From Eubacteriales bacterium (GTDB lineage: Bacteria; Bacillota; Clostridia; Oscillospirales; CAG-382), in assembly GCA_050953105.1 (NCBI GenBank), contig JBMNMA010000009.1:54364-118363 (forward strand): DNA of 64,000 nt, written 5' to 3'. Position numbers and translations under genes: made by a program. The notes under the pieces are model-generated. The model saw nothing but the letters and a program-made list of their open reading frames with translations. It had not been told where the DNA came from and ran no database searches. This document shows, in pieces, positions 50,465 through 58,695 of the stretch. How positions within the stretch are numbered: position 1 is the stretch's first letter; each line of letters begins with the position of its first letter.

Positions 50465-52834
50465 TTATATTAAGCTCATTGGGCAGTCGACAATGCACCT
50501 TTCCGCAACGGTGGGGCGGCGTTTTAACACCTTGTCGGTGGTTTTAAGGGCGGCGGCAAGATTGTCGGGGGTGATTTTGTCCGGCAGGGGAACGTTGGTT
50601 TTCGAACCGGTGTAAGCGTGGCCTTCCTCCCCGGAAAGGGCAAACTTCTTGGCCCATTCGCACCTTGAGGTTTCGGCGGGAATCCACTCGTAACTTCTGC
50701 CGTTAAGGGTAATCGAAACAGTTCTTTCGGTACTCAAGGCACAGGCCGGGCAGGAGTCTATGCATGTATTGCAGCCTTGGCAGGATATTTCGGGAATTTC
50801 ATCTTCCGAACATACGCCATCAAGGTCGGCGTCGGTGATAATTGCCATAAACCGCTGGGAAAAACCGTGCTTTTTGGTATAGCACACCCCGTTTTTAGCC
50901 AGTGCGCCAAGACCGGCCTCCACTGCCTCAAGGGAGTTGCATATCGCATCGTTAACAAAGCCCCTGGGGGAGTTTACGTCACCGCCGATACCGGTAAGGT
51001 CGGGGACATACACGGCACGATAGCCGTTCTGGTGGAGCCAGCGGGTAAGGCGAATAGCTGACATTTCAAGCTGGTTGACCACCTCATAGGTGGCAAACAC
51101 ATAGGGGCCCACCGCCTCGGCGGGAGGTTTGAGAGCAAGGCGGCCTACCGCTTTGGGGAAGGGAAGACCGAAAATTATAACATTTTTCGCTCCCTTTAGA
51201 TAATCGCCGGGCTTTCTGATTTCCCGCTTTCCTTCGGCAACCACCGGATCATAGGCGGTAAAGGGGATGTTTTTGTCAAGCACCTTAAATATTTTTTCTC
51301 CGCCCTTTATGGGTTTTAGCTTGTCAGCAAGGGTATCAAGTCGGCTTGCCGGAATAATGGAAAACATATCGGAATTTTCTTTTTTAATTTTGTCAACCAG
51401 GTTTTCGGTTAAGGAACGGCGGGGGTTAATAAAGGGTTTATCAAGCCCGTCATATCTGGCAAAGCTAAAATCGGCGGATGTAAGAACCACACCATAAGAG
51501 GCATATTCGCCGTCTTTAAGCATAAACCCTCCCCAGGGCAGCTCATCACAGTTGTCGGGGACATCAAAGCCTGCCGCTTTGGCATAGCCGGGAGCGGCCT
51601 GACGGGCGGTCTTGAAGCCGTAGAAATTAAGGGCGTCAAACCCCTTATCCTCCAGCAGACGGCAGATGTCAAGCTCGGTAAACTCGGTAAGCCTACCCAT
51701 TTTGTCAGAAAGGGAGTTTGCGGCTCTGCCGGCACCCTTTATATCGCCATGGCTTTGTAAAAGCTTATCTGCGTTGCCGTTAAAATCCTTGCGATTGTAT
51801 ATTGCAAACACTATTGCCGATTTTGCATGGGGGAAGTGGGTATAAACCTCGGCATCCGCCTCTTTCAGTGCCTTTTCGTCAAGAAAAACTACTTCTGATA
51901 TGCCGTGGTTTCTTGCGGCGTTTACCACGTCGTCATACAGACGGCGGTGAACCGGCAGGTCGGAGGGGTTGTAATGGCGCTTTCTTATGTAGGTTGATGT
52001 ATAGTCCCCGCCGTCAATACGCAACGCCTTCGGCAGGCAGTATTTCTGGCAGCACCCCATCTCACCGTCACGGTAGCCGTATTTCTCGCTGGTTTGAATA
52101 AGCACCTCCTCGGTTACTTCCTCGGGTATAGGCAGGTCAAGGTCAAGATTGAAATGCTCACCCCAGGCACACCGCCACAGATTTTTGTCAGCCATTTTGT
52201 ATTTAACGCTGTCGGTTATAACCAGTTCCTTTACTCCGTGGCATTCCTTGCGGTAGGCGTCGGTAGGACAGTGGCGGATACATTGACCGCACATATCGCA
52301 AAGCTTGGTTTCGGTGTATAAGGGTGATTCGTCAAGGGGAGCGTCTGTGATAATTGAAATAAACCTGTTCCAGGAACCGTATTCGGGGGTGAGGGACAGA
52401 CCGTTCCACCCCACCTGGGACAATCCGGCGCACACCGCCGCATAGATATGAGACATATCCGGGGCGAAATTAGCGGTCAGTTCCTTGTAACCCCGGTAAC
52501 GCCAGATGTTGGAGGAGGCTATGGGCACCGCATTGTAGCCAAGGGATTCGATAAAATTGCCCATTCTGAAAGCTATCTGGTCAAGCTTTTCGTTCATGAC
52601 ATACTGAATTCTGTAAGGGCCGTGGTCCTGGGGATGAACTTCGCCTCCAAGCTGCATAGCTGCATCCGGATGATGAATGGCGCACACAATAACGCTTTTG
52701 GCAGTGGGCATTATGCCGATTGGTGACATTTTAATGGGAGCGTTCTTAAATCTCTCCATTCCCGAAATTCCCACAAGATCCGCACCGTTATCGTAGGCAA
52801 ATTTTTTAATTTCCTCGGTTAAATAGCTGTTCAT
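50465..52834 (-). CDS. Multi-module QueG/reductive-dehalogenase-superfamily-like iron-sulfur protein (789 aa)
   Basis: Modules 1 and 3 follow the same order: a beta-strand (SVIVCA / NVIIFG), then GY.AV, then AGLG...G...TDA.LD, then a 4Fe-4S motif. The Fe-S motifs are CDMCGQCIRHCP and CQGCNTCIDSCP. GSWNRFISIITDAPLD resembles QueG GSWFFLGE..TD. The middle module lacks the Cys motif. Confidence 0.55.
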   Translation of the reverse strand: MNSYLTEEIKKFAYDNGADLVGISGMERFKNAPIKMSPIGIMPTAKSVIVCAIHHPDAAMQLGGEVHPQDHGPYRIQYVMNEKLDQIAFRMGNFIESLGYNAVPIASSNIWRYRGYKELTANFAPDMSHIYAAVCAGLSQVGWNGLSLTPEYGSWNRFISIITDAPLDESPLYTETKLCDMCGQCIRHCPTDAYRKECHGVKELVITDSVKYKMADKNLWRCAWGEHFNLDLDLPIPEEVTEEVLIQTSEKYGYRDGEMGCCQKYCLPKALRIDGGDYTSTYIRKRHYNPSDLPVHRRLYDDVVNAARNHGISEVVFLDEKALKEADAEVYTHFPHAKSAIVFAIYNRKDFNGNADKLLQSHGDIKGAGRAANSLSDKMGRLTEFTELDICRLLEDKGFDALNFYGFKTARQAAPGYAKAAGFDVPDNCDELPWGGFMLKDGEYASYGVVLTSADFSFARYDGLDKPFINPRRSLTENLVDKIKKENSDMFSIIPASRLDTLADKLKPIKGGEKIFKVLDKNIPFTAYDPVVAEGKREIRKPGDYLKGAKNVIIFGLPFPKAVGRLALKPPAEAVGPYVFATYEVVNQLEMSAIRLTRWLHQNGYRAVYVPDLTGIGGDVNSPRGFVNDAICNSLEAVEAGLGALAKNGVCYTKKHGFSQRFMAIITDADLDGVCSEDEIPEISCQGCNTCIDSCPACALSTERTVSITLNGRSYEWIPAETSRCEWAKKFALSGEEGHAYTGSKTNVPLPDKITPDNLAAALKTTDKVLKRRPTVAERCIVDCPMSLI

Positions 52835-52846
52835 GTTATTCGCCCC

Positions 52847-53575
52847 TTATTTTATATGTAAATTTTGTTCGATTTCTTTAGCCGCTTTGCGAAGCTTGGC
52901 AAACAGCCTTTCCCCAAACTCCTCGCTGTGTCGGTAGGCAGGGAAGTAGGCGCCAAGGGATGCGATAAGGGTGTTTCCTTTATATATACCGACGGCGGCG
53001 TCGGACACCTCGGGATAGGCATTTAACATAATGCCGCCGGTGGAACGGATTTCGTTAATCTTGTCGAAAAACTCGCTTTCCGAATTGTAAAAGCCGGGGA
53101 GGGAGTGTTGGACAAGCTTTTTAATATAATCGTCCGGCTTTGCCGAAAGAAGGACAAGCCCCGTTGGGGTGGTAAGCAGTTTGTCGTTATCAAGATAGGA
53201 TTTACCCACCTGAATAACACCCTTTGCCGATTCCGAAAACAGAACCCTTTTCCTGCCGTCTCTTAGCACCGCAAGCACCGTGGAAACATCAAGGTCGTTT
53301 GACAGGTCGTTCATCGGCCCGGAGGAGACTCTTATTAATTCCTCGTCCTCAGGGGGTTCTCTGTCTACAAGGCGGTAGGCGGCGCCGCCCAGACGGTATC
53401 CTTTCTTTTCAAAACGGGTAACATAACCTCTTTCGGTCATTGTCTTTAAAATATTAGCGCAGGTGGTGGTTTTTTCACCTATGGCCGACGCCAGCTCGGA
53501 AAGGGGGACAGTTCTGTCCCCGGCAGATGACAGGTATTCCAACAGGTCAAAAGCCTTGTGAAGCGACTTAATCAT
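52847..53575 (-). CDS. IclR family transcriptional regulator
   Basis: N-terminal wHTH segment KAFDLLEYLS...LSELASAIGEKTTTCANILKTMTERGYV, plus a C-terminal effector domain. Confidence 0.85.
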   Translation of the reverse strand: MIKSLHKAFDLLEYLSSAGDRTVPLSELASAIGEKTTTCANILKTMTERGYVTRFEKKGYRLGGAAYRLVDREPPEDEELIRVSSGPMNDLSNDLDVSTVLAVLRDGRKRVLFSESAKGVIQVGKSYLDNDKLLTTPTGLVLLSAKPDDYIKKLVQHSLPGFYNSESEFFDKINEIRSTGGIMLNAYPEVSDAAVGIYKGNTLIASLGAYFPAYRHSEEFGERLFAKLRKAAKEIEQNLHIK

Positions 53576-53789
53576 TCAACCAACTCCATCATTATTGAAT
53601 TAAACTATATTAATATTGATTACAACCGCATTATAGCACTCGTTCCATAGTTTGTCAAGAATTTTGCAATAAAAAGCAATGCTTTATTTTTATATTTTTT
53701 GGCTTAAAAATCCAAACATTTTCTTGTATCTTAAAAAGTGGAATGATATAATAAATCATTAAAATATCCAAAAGAAAAGAGGTGCCGGT

Positions 53790-56333
53790 ATGAACCTTTA
53801 CGACAAAGTCAGCACGGGGCTTGAGGGGTTTGACAATGTTATCGACCATCTGCGGTTTGGCGACAACGTGGTGTGGCAGGTGGATTCGGTGGAAAGCTAT
53901 AAAAAAATGGCCGAATATTTTATTTCCTCCGCCAAAGCCCGGAACATGCCCCTTGTTTATATCCGCTTTGCAAGCCATATACCCATTGTTGAAAACGAAA
54001 ACGGCATAAAAATATACAATGTTGATCCGCGAAAGGGCTTTGAAGGCTTTGCCGTTGAGGTACATAACATAATAAAAAACGAGGGTTATCGGGTGTTTTA
54101 CATCTTCGACTGCCTTACCGACCTTTTGGAATACTGGCATTCCGACCTTATGACCGGCAACTTTTTCAAGGCCACCTGCCCCTATCTTTACGAGCTTGAC
54201 ACGGTGGCCTACTTTGCCATAATGCGAAACTGCCACACCTACAACACCATTGCGGGTATACGGGAAACAACCCAGTTACTTTTGGATTTGTATCAGATAA
54301 AGGATAAAACCTACATCCATCCCTTAAAGGTTTGGCAGCGGTATTCCCCCACCATGTTTTTCCCCCACCTTATCCAGGAGCAGGAGGCGGTGTGTATAAC
54401 GTCGTCACTGGATGCGTCGGAGCTGTTTAATTCAATAAGCCGAGGTGAAATGCGCCTTGACTACTGGAACACCATATTCAACGACGCAAAAAAGGTTCTT
54501 GACCAAAGTCCCGAAGTCCAGCAGGTAACCAAGCGGCAGCTTATGACAATGCTTATCGGCAGCGATTCAAGAATGTTTAAGCTGTGCGATAAATATTTTA
54601 CCTTAAAAGACATACTATCCATTGCCGCAAGGGAGATAGGCACCGGATTTATCGGCGGTAAAAGCGTGGGTATGCTTTTGGCAAGGAAAATCCTTGAAAT
54701 TGAGGGGGGATTTTCAAATTACCTTGAACCCCACGATTCGTTTTATATCGGTGCAGACGTGTTTTACACGTATATTGTCCAAAACGGATGGTGGAAGCTT
54801 CGCACCAGGCAAAAAACCCAGGAAGGCTATTACAAATACGCTGCCGAACTTAGGGAAAAGCTGCTTGAAGGCAGCTTTCCTAAGGATATTCAGGAGCAAT
54901 TTGTGCTTATGCTGGAATATTTCGGCCAGTCCCCCATAATTGTCCGGTCAAGCTCGCTGCTTGAGGATAACTTCGGCAACGCCTTTGCAGGGAAGTATGA
55001 AAGCGTTTTTTGCGTCAATCAGGGCACCCCCAAAGAAAGGTATGAGGCCTTTGAAAAGGCCGTCCGGCTTGTATATGCCTCAGCCATGAACGAGGATGCG
55101 CTAAACTACCGCATGAACCGGGGACTTGCATGGCAGGACGAGCAGATGGCAATTTTGGTTCAGCGTGTGTCGGGGGACCGGCACGGCAACTACTTTTTCC
55201 CCCATATCGCCGGGGTGGGAAATTCGGTTAACCTGTATGTATGGGACGGATCAATAGATATGAATGCCGGAATGCTCCGGCTTGTGGTGGGCCTTGGCAC
55301 AAGGGCGGTTGACAGGGTGGACGGGGATTATGTTAAAATCGTAAGCCTTGACAACCCCCACAGGGTTCCCCCGGTTAACTTTGAGGATGCCAAGAAATTT
55401 TCCCAGCACCGCCTTGACCTTTTGTCATTTGAAAGAAACACCCTTGAAAGCCGGGATATTGACGAGGTTTTAACCTACCCGTTAAACACCGACAAAAAGC
55501 TGTTTGTAAGTCCCGACTATGCCACCAAAAGCCGTATGAGGGAGTTAGGTTATGCAACTCCGGCCATGCCCTATATTACCGACTTTAAAAAGCTGCTTGC
55601 CGACACCGATTTTGCGGCAAAAATGAAAGAAATGCTTGCCGTTTTGACAAAAGCCTACGATTACCCGGTGGATATTGAGTTTACCGCCAACTTTAATAAA
55701 TTAAACGGCTATAAAATAAACCTCCTCCAATGCCGGCCATTACAGACAAAAGGCCTGGGCAGGACGGTAAAGATACCGGAGATTAAAGATAAAAACGACT
55801 GCTTTTTCTTTGGCAAAGGCAACTTTATGGGGGGAAGTGTCCGGCTGCCGGTGGATTACGTTATATTCATTGACGCCGGCGGATATTTAAGCCTTAGCGA
55901 ACAGGAAAAATACGAGGTTGCCCGTAAAATCGGCTTAATTAACACCCAAATGAAGGGCAAAAACGCTATGCTTATAGGCCCCGGACGGTGGGGTTCCACC
56001 ACGCCGTCATTAGGGGTTCCGGTTCATTTTTCGGAAATTTTTAATATAAAAGTGCTTTGCGAATATTCCTCCCAAAGCCAAGGCTTTATGCCAGAACTGT
56101 CCTACGGCAGCCATTTTTTCCAAGACATTGTGGAATCGGGAATATTCTATGTGGCAATATTTGACGGATATAAAGATGTTGTTTTCAATCCATCCCGTGT
56201 TACCGACAGGGAAAATATGCTGCCGTCAATTATCCCCGGCAGCGAAAAGTATTCGGGTGTCATCCATGTTTCCCAAACACCGGGAATGGAAATTTATTCG
56301 GACATTGTAACGCAAAAGCTACTGTGTAAATAA
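53790..56333 (+). CDS. PEP/pyruvate-binding (PPDK_N-type ATP-grasp) domain protein with degenerate KaiC/RecA-like N-terminal domain
   Basis: N-terminal STGLEGFDNVIDHLRFGDNVVWQV resembles KaiC-like domains but has no GxxGxGKT. The central/C-terminal GGKSVGMLLA...IVRSSSLLEDNFGNAFAGKYES is typical of the PEP-utilising enzyme nucleotide-binding domain. Confidence 0.65.
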   Translation: MNLYDKVSTGLEGFDNVIDHLRFGDNVVWQVDSVESYKKMAEYFISSAKARNMPLVYIRFASHIPIVENENGIKIYNVDPRKGFEGFAVEVHNIIKNEGYRVFYIFDCLTDLLEYWHSDLMTGNFFKATCPYLYELDTVAYFAIMRNCHTYNTIAGIRETTQLLLDLYQIKDKTYIHPLKVWQRYSPTMFFPHLIQEQEAVCITSSLDASELFNSISRGEMRLDYWNTIFNDAKKVLDQSPEVQQVTKRQLMTMLIGSDSRMFKLCDKYFTLKDILSIAAREIGTGFIGGKSVGMLLARKILEIEGGFSNYLEPHDSFYIGADVFYTYIVQNGWWKLRTRQKTQEGYYKYAAELREKLLEGSFPKDIQEQFVLMLEYFGQSPIIVRSSSLLEDNFGNAFAGKYESVFCVNQGTPKERYEAFEKAVRLVYASAMNEDALNYRMNRGLAWQDEQMAILVQRVSGDRHGNYFFPHIAGVGNSVNLYVWDGSIDMNAGMLRLVVGLGTRAVDRVDGDYVKIVSLDNPHRVPPVNFEDAKKFSQHRLDLLSFERNTLESRDIDEVLTYPLNTDKKLFVSPDYATKSRMRELGYATPAMPYITDFKKLLADTDFAAKMKEMLAVLTKAYDYPVDIEFTANFNKLNGYKINLLQCRPLQTKGLGRTVKIPEIKDKNDCFFFGKGNFMGGSVRLPVDYVIFIDAGGYLSLSEQEKYEVARKIGLINTQMKGKNAMLIGPGRWGSTTPSLGVPVHFSEIFNIKVLCEYSSQSQGFMPELSYGSHFFQDIVESGIFYVAIFDGYKDVVFNPSRVTDRENMLPSIIPGSEKYSGVIHVSQTPGMEIYSDIVTQKLLCK

Positions 56334-56356
56334 AAAATCCGCACAAAAGTGCGGAT
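56332..56356 (-). terminator. Hairpin terminator between convergent genes
   Basis: ATCCGCAC aaaa GTGCGGAT. The U-run is present only in the minus-strand sense. Confidence 0.55.
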
Positions 56357-56413
56357 AAATAAATCAGGCATATTTACTCGTTTAAGGTGCCGTGATATAA
56401 TATTGAGAGAAGA

Positions 56414-57644
56414 TTATACCACCTGAAAAATGTAAAACTTAAGATAATCGGTTTCGGGAACGTTCCACAGTATGGGGTGGTCGGGTGCCTGCTGGCGGGC
56501 TTCTATCTGCCTTAAATTAACGGCAGCGTCTCTTGCCGCATCACAAAGCATTTTTCTAAAAAGCTCGTCGTCCATAAAATGGCTGCAGCTGCAGGTGGCA
56601 AGATATCCTCCCCTGGGGAGCAGCTTCATGGCTTTAAGGTTGATTTCCTTATATCCCCTTGCCGCCGATTTAACCGTCTTGCGGGACTTGGTAAATGCCG
56701 GCGGGTCGAGGATTATAAAATCATAATCACTCTTTTTTTCCTCTTCCAACCGTGTAAGCAGGTCAAATACATCGGTGCAGATAAACTCCATTTTGTCCTC
56801 AAGACCGTTGCGGATTGCGTTTTCCCTTGCCATATCAATTGCGGATTGGGAAATGTCAACGCAGGTTACCTGCTTTGCACCGCCTAATGAAGCGTTAAGA
56901 CCGAAAGAGCCGGTATGGGTAAAGCAGTCAAGCACTTTTTTGCCGTTTGCAATTTTTCCCACCGCCGCCCGGTTATATTTCTGGTCAAGGAAAAACCCGG
57001 TTTTTTGCCCGTTTTCCACGTCAACCAAATATTTTATACCGTTTTCGCATATTTCGGTAACAGCCGATTCGGGGGCAGGCATATCGTCAAGTTTATACCA
57101 TCCCTTGTATTCGGGCAGCCCCTCCAGGGTGCGCAAAGCAAGGTCGTTTCGCTCATAAATGCCGGAAACTATCCTCACCATAAACCGAAAGCACTTCAAT
57201 TAATGCCCGGTAAACCATATCTTTAACCATTTCCATTCCCAGGCAGGCTATCTGGACAGATAAAATTTTACCGTAGCGGTCAACGGTTAGTCCCGGCATA
57301 AAGTCGGCTTCACCGTGGACAAGCCGGCAGCAGGAAAAATCGTTCCCCCGCATTACCGTCTTGCGGTAGCACACGGCATACTCCACCCGGCGGCGCCAGA
57401 AACGGTAGTCAAAAACGTCATTGGCGTTTCGGGAAAAAATTCTAACTGTGATTTTGCTTAAAATGTTGTAAAATCCCGTCCCCATAAAGGCGTTGCCGGC
57501 GAAAACGTCAACCGGCATGCCGTTTTCAATATTCCCTTCGGTTTTAACAATTTCATCGCCGTAAACCCAGGGGTGGCCGTTTCGCACGCTTCTTTCCGCC
57601 TTGGATGTAATATATATTTTAGGATAATGCCGTTCCTGTTTCAT
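56414..57644 (-). pseudogene. rlmI: 23S rRNA (cytosine-C5)-methyltransferase RlmI-like (PUA + class I MTase), frameshifted
   Basis: The N-terminal ORF 57153..57644 (HPWVYGDEI, PGLTVDRYG) and the C-terminal ORF 56414..57199 (GIYERND...LDCFTHTGSFGL...ILDPPAF) overlap in different frames. The join falls at about 57164-57175, at an AAA/TTT run. Confidence 0.8.
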
Positions 57645-57739
57645 GTTTTTTGCCTTTCTAACAACTGAATTTAATTTATTTTAGCATAAATTTGTGTCAA
57701 TTACAACATACCAAAATAAAACCTTACGGAGGAATAACA

Positions 57740-58132
57740 ATGCACGAAGTTTATGAGTTTATAAAAAGCTGCGGCACCTATTATCTTGCCACCGTTGACG
57801 GGGACGAGCCGAGAGTGCGCCCCTTTGGGACGGTGGATATTTTTGAAAACAAACTGTATATCCAAACCGGCAAGGTTAAAAATGTGTCAAAGCAGCTTGA
57901 AAAAAATCCCAAGGCCGAGATCTGCGCCTGTATGGGGGATAAATGGCTAAGGCTTACCGGCATTCTTGTCTGTGACGACCGGGTAGAGGCAAAAACCCAT
58001 ATGCTTGACAATTATCCTGAGCTGAAACATATGTATTCACCTTATGACGACAATACTGAGGTGTTATACTTCAAGGACGCCACTGCCGTCTTTTACTCCT
58101 TTACCGCCGAGCCGAAGGTTATTAAATTTTAA
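57740..58132 (+). CDS. Pyridoxamine 5'-phosphate oxidase family protein
   Basis: YYLATVDGDEPRVRPFG...LYIQTGKVKNVSKQLEKNPKAEI pattern. ATG 57740 follows GGAGGAA. Confidence 0.75.
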   Translation: MHEVYEFIKSCGTYYLATVDGDEPRVRPFGTVDIFENKLYIQTGKVKNVSKQLEKNPKAEICACMGDKWLRLTGILVCDDRVEAKTHMLDNYPELKHMYSPYDDNTEVLYFKDATAVFYSFTAEPKVIKF

Positions 58133-58147
58133 TAGGGAGGGATATTT

Positions 58148-58411
58148 ACGGGAAACCTTACAAAACTCCCAAATATAGGGGACAGGCTTGAAAAGCAGTT
58201 AAATGAAATAGGAATTACCACCGAAGATGAACTTCGTCATACCGGCAGCAGACAGGCATGGCTTAAGATACTTCAAAACGATCCTTCCGCCTGCTATATG
58301 CGCCTTTGTTCCCTGGAGGGGGCAATACAGGGGGTGCGCTGGCATTATCTTGATGACGAAACAAAGAAATCTCTTAAGGAATTTTACGCAAAAGCCAAAG
58401 GCAAGGAATAA
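58148..58411 (+). CDS. TfoX C-terminal-domain protein lacking a canonical start codon
   Basis: The frame reads (T)GNLTKLPNIGDRLEKQLNEIGITTEDELRHTGSRQAWLKILQNDPSACYMRLCSLEGAIQGVRWHYLDDETKKSLKEFY. It is bounded upstream by TAATAG. SD GGGAGGG lies 6 nt before ACG 58148. There is no in-frame ATG/GTG/TTG near the 5' end. Confidence 0.55.
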   Translation, partial: TGNLTKLPNIGDRLEKQLNEIGITTEDELRHTGSRQAWLKILQNDPSACYMRLCSLEGAIQGVRWHYLDDETKKSLKEFYAKAKGKE

Positions 58412-58417
58412 GAAAAC

Positions 58418-58543
58418 ATGAGAAAAACGCTGTCAGACGTTGCGGCATATCTCAAGTCAACTCTTGTGCCGCAAACTTATGAGGAATATGAAATTCATCC
58501 CGACTACACAGAGTATGAGGTTTTGTATCTTAAGAAAAAGTAA
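58418..58543 (+). CDS. Candidate 41-aa small ORF (MRKTLSDVAAYLKSTLVPQTYEEYEIHPDYTEYEVLYLKKK)
   Basis: Not in the track. ATG lies 9 nt after AAGGAA and the ORF is followed directly by a strong terminator. No homology can be assessed. Confidence 0.3.
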   Translation: MRKTLSDVAAYLKSTLVPQTYEEYEIHPDYTEYEVLYLKKK

Positions 58544-58547
58544 CAAA

Positions 58548-58585
58548 AACAGCTTTACGCTTTTGGGCGTAAAGCTGTTTCTTAT
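58548..58585. terminator. Terminator between convergent genes
   Basis: AACAGCTTTACGC ttttgg GCGTAAAGCTGTT followed by TCTTATT. Confidence 0.75.
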
Positions 58586-58695
58586 TAGGTTTATTTTTAA
58601 CAGCACCGGGTTTTTGTTTTGCAATCAACAGCATGTTTAGAAATGCTGAAACGGTTGCAAGGAAGTTTGTCGGGTATCTGATAAAATCTTCACCC

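Noticed and set aside
58227-58640. Track ORFs 58227..58421 (64 aa) and 58440..58640 (66 aa)
   Set aside because: They are out of frame relative to the clear TfoX_C reading frame and the SD-preceded 41-aa ORF. Their translations have no motif and run through a terminator hairpin.
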